The notes: generated by a model from the letters alone, not told the origin. Shown: positions 8,899 through 18,707, numbered from the stretch's first letter. The stretch is DNA of 33,697 bases from Candidatus Bathyarchaeota archaeon (GCA_963811105.1 CAWEPZ010000015.1:1-33697), one strand, 5' to 3'. Program-made: numbers and translations.

Positions 8899-10183
8899 CT
8901 ACAACCCACCTCCATTACCAGTCGAGTTACCGTTACTTGCACCTGCAGCAGCCGCCTTGGAGGCATTCGAATCATCCCAAAGCTCCCAACCCAAAATCTT
9001 AACCGCATTCTTGCGAAACTCCTCAGCTCGAATAAGCGGCAAAGACCCCGCAGAAGCAGACGCAGCAGAAATCAAATCAGCAGCCACAATCTCCGGAGAC
9101 TCAGGTGATCCCCAATTCAAACGAACCTTCGCTTTAACAGGATCAAAACCAGCCTGCGAAACAACTACCCTGAAAATCTCACGTTCAACCCGTCGTTTAA
9201 TCATCCGCTGAATTGGATCAATAAGCATATCCTGCAATTCCAAAGCTGCCCGAGCTGAAGCCTCAGTGAAACCAGGCGTACTAAAAAGCCGCGGCAGAGG
9301 CGTTTCACAGCCTAGATAGAACTGGTTAACCATATGATCAATGTAATATGTGAAGCCCTGGGCTCTTGGGTCAATCGATACGGCATTAACATTGGCATCT
9401 TTGAGGCCATGAAATAGCCAAACACCTTCTTCCGGACGATTCTTAACAGCACGCTCAAACTTCTCAATCGTCTCAGGCTTCGCTCCAGGCAACCCAACAA
9501 CAACATCTGGACCCGCATACTTCTCAAAAATCTTGGGCATCAAACGCTCAATCTTAGCCTTCATCCACGCATACGCAGGACGCTTACTGCTATCAATCGA
9601 TAAAGTGTGCAAGAGCACCTGCAAGAGCCCCACACCAAAACCTGAATTGAAGTTCTGATTAATGTTCCAATGCAAAACAGCATCAGGCATCAAACTATCG
9701 CCAATTGAGCCTCGATAAGAATTCTTCAGTTGGTAACCCTCAACCTTATACGGAATCTTCAAACCCTCAACACTTGACAGTTTGATTTTCTCAACTGAAT
9801 CAATGGGCATTCGTACAAACTCAGAAAGCTTCTCGGGTGCTCGCTTTAGCCAAAAATCGTTTCCGCAAGCAATAAGGCGAATAGCCATATCATGCAGTAA
9901 ACCATCTAGATTTGATCTCTTCACAGAAATCATCCACAGCGGCCTTAGCTTTAGCGGCATCAGGATAATCTTTCTCTGCTGCACAAGTGGTGTAAAACCG
10001 CTTGACAGCCGAAGCAGCTAACAAATCAATACTTGATTTGCAGGTGGTATCTTTCTCGTAGAGTTCCATGACTTTGGCAAGCGGAATATCTGAAGTTTCA
10101 TAAAACGTGATGCCGCTAGGAGAAGCTACACCTGATGGCGAATAACTCAAAAATTCCCTAATCTTAGCGGAGACCTTATTCAA
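8899..10183 (-). CDS. Portal protein (split by a +1 indel near 9912)
   Basis: ORFs 9890..10183 and 8899..9984 join by removing one A in GAGATCAAATCTAGAT (FCEEI-NLDGLL), giving about 427 aa. Portal motifs C..SIDLLA..AV, LIACGNDFWL, VLHWN, GFGVGLL, P.RLF and IDPIQRMI.R.VE. Confidence 0.8.
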
Positions 10184-10422
10184 GACAGTGCCTCCAGCAG
10201 CAACCGACCCTTAACCGAAATATTGTAAGGTGCCCGATTCTCACAAGCACCCTTTACGATGAACCCTGAATCACGAAGAAAATAAAGCAGAATAGTAACT
10301 GTCGCGTAAGTTCCCGCCTTAGCCAAAACACGTTTCTCCAAAATCGAGAAACGACAAGGCTCACAGCTAAGCTCAGCTAACAAAACCCTTGCAAGCTCTA
10401 ACCGCTCTTTTAACTTCTTCAT
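10180..10422 (-). CDS. Small winged-helix DNA-binding protein
   Basis: 80 aa basic protein with wHTH pattern (RFS.LEK...ILLYFLRDSGFIVK...PYNISVKGRLLL). GAGGT SD; stop overlaps the portal start. Confidence 0.6.
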   Translation of the reverse strand: MKKLKERLELARVLLAELSCEPCRFSILEKRVLAKAGTYATVTILLYFLRDSGFIVKGACENRAPYNISVKGRLLLEALS

Positions 10423-10448
10423 GACTCTCTACCTCAACCAATTTTAAT

Positions 10449-10470
10449 TAAAATAAAAAAGGGAAAAAAA
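10449..10470 (-). terminator. Oligo-T archaeal terminator after the capsid gene
   Basis: Two long T-tracts separated by CCC on the minus strand, starting about 20 nt after the MCP stop. Confidence 0.55.
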
Positions 10471-10489
10471 GACAATGAAAGCCCATAAC

Positions 10490-11446
10490 CTAAGTTAGGG
10501 TTGTTTTAATGTTGGTCATTCTTGCAATTGCGGTGGAACGTAGAACACTTAAGCCAAAGCGGGTAGATCCTCGAATGCCGGATTTGCCGGTTTTCGCGTC
10601 ATACCAGTCTTCAACGGTTAAGTCCCTGCGTAACAGCATTATCGAAGCAATCCGAGTATCTATCGCGTAGGCGATGCCGTTGGTGATTTCGTTGCTGACC
10701 TGAACCTTCATGCCCAAAACGGTTCCGATGCTGCCTTGCTCTATGTCTGTTTGGCTGCTTGGTAAGTAAACGGATTTTACGAATTTTTCGTCGTTTAGCA
10801 GTTGATGTAGTTGCATTTCATTGATTGCCAAAACGTTGGGGCGCCAATTCTCTTTTCGCACCGCATATCGTAGAGCGAGCAGTTGAGCCCAGCTTAACAC
10901 TGCGGTTCCGCCTGCAAGATCTGCACCAGTAGCTAAATCTGCAGCTGCGACTGCTCCGTACATTGCGATGATTTTTTGGGTTTCCTTAACACCCACAGCC
11001 CTGCCAACGTTGCCCACCATGCGATCCAGAACGTTCCAAGTTGCGTCTTCACTGAATTCCTGCGTCCACTCATCGCCAGACTCCACAAGCAAGTTTGTGC
11101 TAACATCAACAGTTGTTGGTTTTTTGCCGCTTAATCGGACCGCTCCACCCTCAGCATATTGATAGGCAATTGCTCCGCCGTCTAATGGAAAACGCTCCAA
11201 CGCCTCAGTTGTTGGCAAGACGTTGATTATGCTTCTGCCGATTAGCTCAGGCCAAGCCGCATCAACCATCGTATCATGCATTCGTCCAAGCGCGTTTGCG
11301 GAATCACTAAACAAGCCTTCTTTTATGCCCATGGCAACGTATCGTTTGAGGAACGGGTTAGTTTCCGATTTGCGCTTCAGTTCTTCGTAGGCGTGCTTTT
11401 GGTCATTGTTTTTCTGCATTAAGGCTTCAAAAAGTCGAGGCTTCAT
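10490..11446 (-). CDS. Major capsid protein, HK97 fold
   Basis: 318 aa. PELIGRSII, AEGG, WTQEFSEDATWNVLDRMVG..GRAVG.KE, MQLHQLL.DEKF, G.IGTVLGMKVQVSN..TNG and TRFGLSVLR..AIAR follow the HK97-type MCP pattern. Downstream of protease/scaffold. Confidence 0.88.
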   Translation of the reverse strand: MKPRLFEALMQKNNDQKHAYEELKRKSETNPFLKRYVAMGIKEGLFSDSANALGRMHDTMVDAAWPELIGRSIINVLPTTEALERFPLDGGAIAYQYAEGGAVRLSGKKPTTVDVSTNLLVESGDEWTQEFSEDATWNVLDRMVGNVGRAVGVKETQKIIAMYGAVAAADLATGADLAGGTAVLSWAQLLALRYAVRKENWRPNVLAINEMQLHQLLNDEKFVKSVYLPSSQTDIEQGSIGTVLGMKVQVSNEITNGIAYAIDTRIASIMLLRRDLTVEDWYDAKTGKSGIRGSTRFGLSVLRSTAIARMTNIKTTLT

Positions 11447-11888
11447 TTAGCGGACCTCTATGAACAGAAGATCTCCAGCCGTAGTCGTAGATTGCAGTGC
11501 GTAGCCGAGTTTTTGGTTAAAGGGCACAGCTACAGTGTATTTTGCTGATCCGCCTTCATCAACTGCCTGGCTTACATCAGTTAGCATCAGGACCCGATGG
11601 GAAGAATCAGCACCATAAACCGCTTTGCCCCGTGTGATTGCGCCGCCTGCAGCAACTTTGACACGACCGCGAACAAGCACCGAAACAGGTTCGGTGTCGG
11701 CAACGGTTTGCATATGCGATGCCAATGCAATCTTGAGCAGCCCCCGCAGGTGTAACTTGTTCATCTGCACTGAGATAAACAGGATCACCCTTCGTTATAG
11801 CTGCATCAGCTGTGAAAGTTTCAATGATAGCGTCTAAATCGTCAGTTTCGCCAATAGCCATCCAAGTTTTTCCAGAATTATCAGTCAT
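11447..11888 (-). CDS. Capsid decoration/cement protein (DUF2190-like; +1 indel near 11715)
   Basis: ORFs 11607..11906 and 11447..11788 join (CIGIA-MQTVADTEPVSV), giving about 146 aa. Motifs TFTADAAITKGDPV, IGIA, GRVKVAAGGAITRG and LGYALQ..T.AGDL; directly upstream of MCP. Confidence 0.75.
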
Positions 11889-11919
11889 AATAATCGATCT
11901 CCACAAAATTTTAACTTAA

Positions 11920-11982
11920 CGAGTAGCGAGTTCGTCCTCTCTACCCGGTCTGTGTGACTATAAATCACGGAGAACCACTCCG
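11920..11982 (-). other. Candidate structured RNA: three adjacent hairpins upstream of decoration/capsid genes
   Basis: Minus strand CGGAG-TGGTT-CTCCG, GTGAT-TTATA-GTCAC and CGGGTAG-A-GAG-GACGAA-CTC-G-CTACTCG. Confidence 0.4.
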
Positions 11983-11983
11983 C

Positions 11984-12190
11984 TTAGCTTTCTTCAAGAA
12001 CGGCAATTTCTGCTTTCAAATTCACGATTTCTTTCTCAAGAACCTGGATTCTGCCGTACATGTTTCGAGCATGACGATTAAGCATCTCGTTATGAGGAAT
12101 TGCACGCTTCATGAAATCGTTGAGCTTATCAGCTTCAGCGTCATCAACAACGTGCAAATCGCATGGACCTTGAAGAGGATCTTGAGCCAA
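11984..12190 (-). CDS. Small coiled-coil protein of unknown function
   Basis: 68 aa in operon orientation, 2 nt after the scaffold stop. Heptad pattern IQVLEKEIVNLKAEIAVLE. Confidence 0.5.
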   Translation of the reverse strand: MAQDPLQGPCDLHVVDDAEADKLNDFMKRAIPHNEMLNRHARNMYGRIQVLEKEIVNLKAEIAVLEES

Positions 12191-12192
12191 AC

Positions 12193-12595
12193 CTAGTTCG
12201 CCTTTAATTTTTCCTTAGCCTGGAAAACTGCCGCGCGAATCACTTGGCCTTGACGCTGCATACTGGTACTAGAATGCTCAACAACTACAGGAGGCAGCAA
12301 CTTCTCGAGAACAGAAATATGCTCAGATACTGGCATTAGCACCGGGATGTTAGCCATCAAATCGGCGCCAGGCACAGCTTTCTTGAAGGCTTCAATGCAT
12401 TTGTTGGCAACGACCAGTTTGCCGTTCGACTCAGCAGTGGCAGACTCAGCAACCTTGGCTTTCCCTTCAGCAACTTTGGCGTTTTCCTCAGCTGCCAAAA
12501 GTTTCGCTTGCGTCTGGGAGATCTCTGTTTTTAGTTTTTCTATTTCAGGGGATTTCTCGCCGATTTTAGCAGCGATTTTCTCAGCAATTTCCCTA
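12193..12595 (-). CDS. Scaffolding-like coiled-coil domain, probably fused to the protease (-1 indel near 12592)
   Basis: The frame of ORF 12193..12498 extends upstream as EIAEKIAAKIGEKSPEIEKLKTEISQTQAKLLAAEEN. It is offset by one base from protease LEEKQI at ATAGGGAAATT. Confidence 0.6.
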
Positions 12596-13262
12596 TTTGT
12601 TTTTCTTCCAAAATCTCAACTCCTCTAAAACTCTCAGCGATCTTCTCAACTGGCATAATACGCGTTAACGGGATCCCGGGAAGCATTGTTTCTTTAGTTA
12701 ACCAACCTAACCCAGTAAGAACAAGACCATGACCAGGAACACCATGACTCCACTCACCCTCGATGCTGACGTTAACAATTTCTTTGCGATCAATCATCCC
12801 AACAAGAACCGACGTCTTTGGAACACGCACAAGACACTCCACACAGTCATCCTCAAACTGTGCAGCTACAACTTCCACGCCCACAAGGACCTTTGAGATG
12901 TCGTGGTTTAAGTCGCTGGGTTTACCCGTTAAGGACCGAGCAGCCTGCAAAACCTCCTCTCTTGTGAAGGGTGGACAATCCTTATTCATCGATTCAACAG
13001 GAAACAAAGCCTCAACTTGGTAGTAGAGGGCATCTTTGTCTTCTTTGACAAACTGCAAAAGAAAATTAGCCCACTCAAAACTCTGCTTAGACTTATTCGC
13101 TCGAGCAGCACCCTGAAGATAATAACTTTGAGTTTCATCCAGGGCAGAAAACTTTACCCAATCAGCATACCGAGACTCTCCCAGTTTAGGATCCTTGCTG
13201 TAATGGGACAAAAAGGCCGCATGTATCTTTTCGAAATCAGTATGTCTACAGTTACTCGACAT
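12540..13262 (-). CDS. Prohead (capsid maturation) protease with helical N-terminal domain
   Basis: SMN...FT.EEV..AARSL.GKP.DLNH (His) and IVNVSIEG (Ser) are HK97/herpes-type maturation protease motifs. First gene of the operon. Confidence 0.8.
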   Translation of the reverse strand: MSSNCRHTDFEKIHAAFLSHYSKDPKLGESRYADWVKFSALDETQSYYLQGAARANKSKQSFEWANFLLQFVKEDKDALYYQVEALFPVESMNKDCPPFTREEVLQAARSLTGKPSDLNHDISKVLVGVEVVAAQFEDDCVECLVRVPKTSVLVGMIDRKEIVNVSIEGEWSHGVPGHGLVLTGLGWLTKETMLPGIPLTRIMPVEKIAESFRGVEILEEKQIGKLLRKSLLKSARNPLK

Positions 13263-13333
13263 AATTTGACAAAAATAGAATTCAAAGGCTAAGCACTAAT
13301 AGCTTGTTAGCCCAAACACGATAATAACCAATT
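12993..13333. repeat. Copy 1 of diverged direct repeat (protease 5' end plus upstream region)
   Basis: Aligns with about 27290..27626. The 68-bp core 13033..13100 is identical to 27330..27397. Confidence 0.9.
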
Positions 13334-13363
13334 TAAGCATCCATTGGCAAAAATAGCCTTATT

Positions 13364-13555
13364 ATGAGCTTAACTCAAAGAGAGCGCATAATTCTTCAGT
13401 TTGAAACCAAAGGCTTAAGCGACTACAAAATAGCCCGCAAAATCAACACCGACCCACCCTCCATAACCCGCAGCCGACAAAACGCCCACAAAAAACTAAA
13501 ACAAGCCCAAACTGACCTACAATACGCCAAGCAAATAGGTATAACAATAAACTAA
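13364..13555 (+). CDS. Small HTH transcription regulator (LuxR/sigma-r4/Tfx-like), divergent from the head operon
   Basis: LTQRERIILQF..KGLSDYKIARKI..DPPSITRSRQNA.KKL HTH pattern. Shares a 101-bp intergenic region with the protease gene. Confidence 0.7.
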   Translation: MSLTQRERIILQFETKGLSDYKIARKINTDPPSITRSRQNAHKKLKQAQTDLQYAKQIGITIN

Positions 13556-13658
13556 TATTTTCTTTATTTGGGTAAAACGCCGAGATTTCCGTATTTACCC
13601 CACTTTGCCATTCACGACAGTGCAACCTGACAAGCTCTAAACAAGTTGTTGCATACTG

Positions 13659-13678
13659 TACCCACAACTCTTTAAGAG
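13659..13678 (+). promoter_or_regulatory. Promoter: CCACAA-N3-TTTAAG (BRE-like plus TATA)
   Basis: TACCCACAACTCTTTAAGAG about 40 nt before ATG 13720. Conserved in front of the paralogue at 26921. Confidence 0.55.
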
Positions 13679-13719
13679 TTTCAGGTAGGAAAATATTAGA
13701 TTGGATAAGGCTAGTTTGT

Positions 13720-13957
13720 ATGGATTTTGCTGAAGCAATAGAATTCTCACAGAAATTTCCCACCGTTCACCCAAAAATATTCAAAGGATTCAACGAATGG
13801 GGAATTTGGGATACCGAAACAGAAGGCTATCGTAGTTCTAACAGATACAGCTTCAAATAGTCAACTATGTTCCAATCAATTGAAAGATTACGCTAAGGGC
13901 CACACCTTAAGAATAGATCAGCTTAAGGATTACTTGATGATTGCCACTCTTGTTTAA
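13720..13957 (+). pseudogene. Frameshifted paralogue of 26670..26921 (not in ORF track)
   Basis: MDFAEAIEFSQKFPTVHPKIFKGFNEWGIWDTETEGY, then an extra C at 13831, then VVLTDTASNSQLCSNQLKDYAKGHTLRIDQLKDYLMIATLV*. Confidence 0.8.
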
Positions 13958-14001
13958 GTTCCTGGACAAAGTTCTTTGGGGGCTATTCAAGCACAACTAA
14001 T

Positions 14002-14256
14002 TTACAGTTGACAGTTTGCTGCTACAATTAGAACCTGCTCTGTTAACCGTTTTGAAACATCACTTGCTTTTTTGTGGTTGGTAACATGATTTTTTATGGC
14101 TCGGTCCATGGCTTTCAAGTCAGGCACCAACAAAATTTCAAAGCCACAGACACACTTTAGAGTAGGCATACGTGTTTTATGAGCCACATACTTGCCGGTG
14201 CGATCTTTGCTAAAAATAAAGTTGCTTTCTTGAATACCTTTCTTTGTCATATTCAA
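14002..14256 (-). CDS. Small putative Zn-binding protein (CxC...HxxxH)
   Basis: LKCVCGFEILLVPDLKAMDRAIKNHVTNH. TATA-like TTTATAAG upstream; the true start may be an internal ATG. Confidence 0.55.
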   Translation of the reverse strand: MNMTKKGIQESNFIFSKDRTGKYVAHKTRMPTLKCVCGFEILLVPDLKAMDRAIKNHVTNHKKASDVSKRLTEQVLIVAANCQL

Positions 14257-14525
14257 TTCCTTATCCGGAACAGGGAAGCTTGATTATCCATTCTATGTAG
14301 CTTATAAAAAATTGTGGTAGGCGCACCACAGTCACATGCGCATTGTAATTTATCAACTAACATCATAATTATGCATCATTTAATTCATATTATCACACTA
14401 ATGGCTGATTTGCTAATAAGAAGCAAAATTGCTTGAATAAAACACCACCTAATAGTAAAGCTTATACCACTCCAGAACATAACATGTAGATATATACAAT
14501 TGGTTGAGAGGGCAGGGACTCGAAA

Positions 14526-14822
14526 ATGAGAAGATCAAAATTAGAAACCCATGTCGCTATCCTAAGCGTATTGGCAATTAGAGGACCATTGAAGCTCACA
14601 CATATCATGTACAAAGCCAACGTTAATTGTGACATTCTTAAAGAGTATGTAGACTTTTTAATTAAGCAAGGTCTGGTCGAAAAACGAACAATTACAAAAA
14701 CGCGCGTCGTTTTCGCAATCACAACACGTGGCGCAACTGTGCTGAAGTACTTCCATGAACTCACACAAGCCCTACCAATCATCGAAGAACCCCAAAGGCA
14801 AACAAAGCCACTGCTCTACTAA
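14526..14822 (+). CDS. Winged-helix transcription regulator (archaeal HTH_45 / ArnR1-like)
   Basis: RRSKLE...IL..L...GPLKLTHIMYKANVN...LKEY..FL..QGLVE...ITTRG is the family signature. Confidence 0.85.
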   Translation: MRRSKLETHVAILSVLAIRGPLKLTHIMYKANVNCDILKEYVDFLIKQGLVEKRTITKTRVVFAITTRGATVLKYFHELTQALPIIEEPQRQTKPLLY

Positions 14823-15061
14823 ACCTTCAAACAAACCTCCAGACAAATCAAGCTAACACGCGACAAATACTCAGAGGCTCAGGTTACAGTTCCCAAACAC
14901 CCAGTACGCATAGCCTTTCAAATCGCGTACTATAGAAAACAGATTAAGAGGCTTCTAAGCAGAAAAGGTCAAAAAGCGAATATGTTGAGCTACATTTTGA
15001 AAACGCATTCTTTGAACAGAAGAATTAGGAATCTTAGCTCACTTTTAGACCCATTTACCGG

Positions 15062-18000
15062 TTAGCTCTTGTTGTGGGGTAAACGCATAATGAATTTTGC
15101 GCCTTCGCCTGGCTCGCCCTCTTCAGTTATTGTCCAGCCGTAAACATCCATCATCTTCTTAATAAGAAATAAACCGAAGCCTGTGCTGCCTCCAGTACTA
15201 AAGCCTTCTTTGAATAAACTCGGTTTACTCTCCAAAGGCACGCCTACACCATCATCCTCATAAATCAACTTTAAGTAATCTTGGTCAGTCTCCTCAAAGT
15301 ACACTCTTATAGTTGTTGTTTTCTTGCCGTACTTCCTTGAATTGTCGATAAAATTGTAAAATAGTTGTCTTAGGAATGAGTCTGCCCGCACCGTTAGCCC
15401 GTGGCATTCATTAATTATCTTTGGGATAGGTCCCGAAAAAAGAGCAGCTGCTTCTTTTAGTTTCTCTTCAACATTAACATAAGTCAGCTCTTCTGATCCA
15501 ATTTGCTCGTACATTTTGGCAAAATCAAAAATCTTCATCGAATCCTTAACAGCCTGCTCCATCTTAACAAGACCCTCAACAACATCCGCCTCATCAGCAT
15601 GCTTCTTTTTGAGAAGATACGAATAACCAGTCACCGCTGAAAGCTTGTTACGAACATCATGCCTAGTTAACCCACCCACTACTCGAAGTTTTTCATTTAA
15701 TTCCTGAATCTTAGCTAAACTATACGACAAAGACTCTAAAGAAAAAGTCAAATCAGCCTCTGTACTTTTTTGCAAAGTTATGTCAGTTGTAATACTTGCA
15801 GCGCCACTAAATTCTCCATCCTCTTTGAAAATAGGTGTTCGATTCAAAATTACTGGCACAACTGAACCATCCTTATTCTTAATACACGTCTCAGTTGACC
15901 AGCTTCCACCCGCCATTAACTTTGACGAAACTTTTTCAGCTTCCTCGCCTGGAGGATTGCCCAATAGCTCATTAATCTGGTGACCCAAGGCTTGGTCTTC
16001 TTGCCACCCATAAAATTTTTCTGCTGCCTTATTCCAAAAACGAATTATTCTGTTGTTATCAACCATTATAACAGCTTGCCCAACATGATTAAGCAAATCA
16101 GCCTGAAACTTAATTGCCTCTTCCGCTTTTTTACTTTCCGTTATATCTCTAACAATTCCGGCAACTGCAATCACGTTTCCTGAATCATCTTGAACAGGAT
16201 TCAGACTGGTGCTGATATACAATTCATGGCTCAAAGCAACCATTTTTTCCTCCACAAACATACTTTTGCCGGTTTCAAAAACATTTTTAATGTTGTTTGA
16301 AAATTTAGATGCAGTTTCTTGACCATATACTTCATTTACTGACTTTCCAATAATCTCTTGAGGAGTCTTTCCCAAAACGTCTCCCAAGGTCTTATTTACA
16401 GATAAATATGTGAGGCTCTCATCTAACATGAATATTTGATCGCTAGAGTTTTCAACAATACTACGCATTTTAGCTTCCGACTGCCTTAATGCATTCCTCT
16501 CCATTTTCAATTCGCTCTCAGTTTTATTTTGCTCAGTTATGTCTTGTCCTGAACTTAGGCTTGCAACTATGTTGCCTTCTTTGTCTTTTAAAACCGAGTT
16601 GTGCCAAGCAATCAGCCTTAATTCTCCATTCTTGGTTAGAACGTGATTTTCAACATATTTGAAAAGTTCTATTTTTCCAAAGATAATATTGCTAAAACTC
16701 TTCTTAACGATTGGTCTATCTGCTTCTGGTATTACAACATCAAACCAGTTCCTGCCTAAAATTTCATCCTCTGAGTACCCTAAAACCTCCAAAGTTTTCT
16801 TGTTCGCCAAAACAGTGTTTTGATCAGGAGAAATAACCACGATCATAACATCAGCAATATCCAAGTAACTCTGATTCCTATCTTTAGCTTCAACTAAAGC
16901 TTGTTCAGCTTTCTTTTGTTCAGTTATATCGCGGACTGTAGCTTGCAGAACTTCTCGACCCTTCAGTTGTATCCTTGTTAAGAGCACGTCCGCAGGAAAA
17001 GTAGTGCCATCAATTCTCTTGTGAATCCAGAAAAAGTGATCAGTACCACTATGAAGTGCATTTTGAATGTGGCTCATTGCAGCTTTCATGGATAGTGTGC
17101 CGTCTGGTTGAGTTGAGGGCGATAAATCTGCAGGATGAAACTTGGTAAACTCTTTAACCGACTTGCAGCCAAATAATAGCAGAGTAGTTTTGTTGCATTC
17201 AAAGAAGCCTTTCTCGTCAAGCAACATTAAGGCATCCATTGAAGATTCAAAAGTGGTTTCATATTTCTCTTGAATCTCTCGAAGCTTCTCTTCAGCAGCT
17301 CTGCGTTCTGAAATATCCCGTGCAATTCCCAAAACTAGTTTCTTACCTTGTATCTTCACTGGATGGGTTCTTATTTCAACCGAAGTCTGACTGCCATTTT
17401 TACGATTTAGAACGAATTCGTCAGGACCCGATGATTTTCCAAGGGCATTCAAAGATAGAAGCTTTGCCGCTTTAAGTATTTGATTTCTTGGCAACAAATT
17501 TAGACCCAAAAAAGAACTTCCAATCAACTCAGCTCTGGAATATCCCACCATTTCTTCAGCTTTCTTATTGCCATCTACAAAATTGCCCTTTAAATCACTC
17601 AAGTAGTAAGCGTCAGGTGCATTCTCAAAAAGGAGCTTTAGGCGTTCTTCGGATAGCTTTAGTTCATCGCTCAATCTTTTGGGTTCGGTGATGTTTTCGC
17701 AAAAAGCCATCATATTTCCATCAGACAATCGTGTAGCGTTTAAAATAACATAAACGGGTTCTCCGTCTTTTCTCTTCAGAGCTGTCTCAAAACGAGATTT
17801 TCCAGTTTCTTTAAGAGTTGCAAATTGCTTAAGTCCAAGAGAGATATCTTTCTCAAACAGAATGTCCATAATGCTCATTTTGAGGAGCTCGTTTTTGGAG
17901 TAGAGTAGTAGTTTGGTTGCTGCATCGTTTACTTGGGTATATTTGCCCTCAGGATTGACGACAAAGAAAGCTATAGGAGAATTTTCAGTATAAGCCCGAT

Positions 18001-18491
18001 ATTGCTCTTCACTTTTTTTTAGAGCTTCTTCAGCTTGTTTATGATCGACTGTTTGGATTATTCCATAGCAAAGCTCTCCGTAGACGGTTTCGGGTGAACC
18101 TTGCTTGTTAAAGTATCCGTCTGCACCCAGGTTCAATGCCCTTATTGCTACTTCTTCTCTTCCTTTTCCAGTAAACAGGATGAAGGGAATTTTATTATTT
18201 CGTGTTCGCAACTCTTTTAGGAATTCTAGTCCGTCTTTTTGGGGCATCTCATAATCAGAAACTACAACATCGTAGTTGCCTGTTGTTAGTTTTTTGAAGG
18301 CTTCATCTACGCTACTGACATTATCAATATCCAAACTGCTTTCAATGTCCATTAACATGAGTTTTGTTATCTCTAGAATTGAGGGGTCATCGTCAACGTG
18401 CAAAACGCGTATAACACTCTTTTTGTTTGCAGCAGCTAAATCAGTTGCGTCTACCTCTATCGCGTTTTGGTTGAGGGTTTGTATTAGCCAT
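15062..18491 (-). CDS. Cytoplasmic hybrid sensor kinase: REC - 6xPAS - HisKA - HATPase
   Basis: REC (HVDDD, SDYEMP, FTGKG, K), six PAS/PAC repeats ending DITE/DISE, H-box RHDVRNKL, N-box NFIDNS, DDGVG and GTGFGL. ORF track start 18403 cuts REC strand 1; ATG 18491 restores it if one C near 18475 is removed. Confidence 0.92.
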
Positions 18492-18707
18492 ACGCCACAC
18501 TCAAGAGGAGACTGGATGCACTATAAGTCAGTTATGAATCCAGAATACTGAACAAACCTGTGCCGACTAGAAACAGTACACTAAGCTATTTCGCCAATAG
18601 AGACGCTATTCTTTCGGCTTTTCAGATAATTCAAAATCTTGTATCTTATTGGTTCAAATTGGCTAGAGTTTATTAGTATTGTACGCCCAAAATTGGTTCG
18701 GGCATAT

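Larger units (their letters stand above)
422..13300 (-). mobile_element. Provirus-like / GTA-like head-tail morphogenesis module (Caudoviricetes-type, siphovirus-like)
   Basis: About 20 tightly packed co-directional genes in near-canonical head, neck, tail order. Recognisable HK97-type capsid, protease, portal, tape measure, tail tube and G/GT frameshift. No terminase, integrase or att site recognised in the window. Confidence 0.9.

Noticed and set aside
10490-11446. Encapsulin nanocompartment
   Set aside because: The capsid gene is accompanied by portal, neck and tail genes, and no cargo enzyme is adjacent.
11920-11982. Hammerhead ribozyme (GGACGAAC resembles the core)
   Set aside because: Lacks CUGANGA and an intact GAAA core.
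12585-12605. Programmed -1 frameshift between protease and scaffold
   Set aside because: GGGAAAT is not in the X_XXY_YYZ register of the protease frame; a single-base deletion is simpler.
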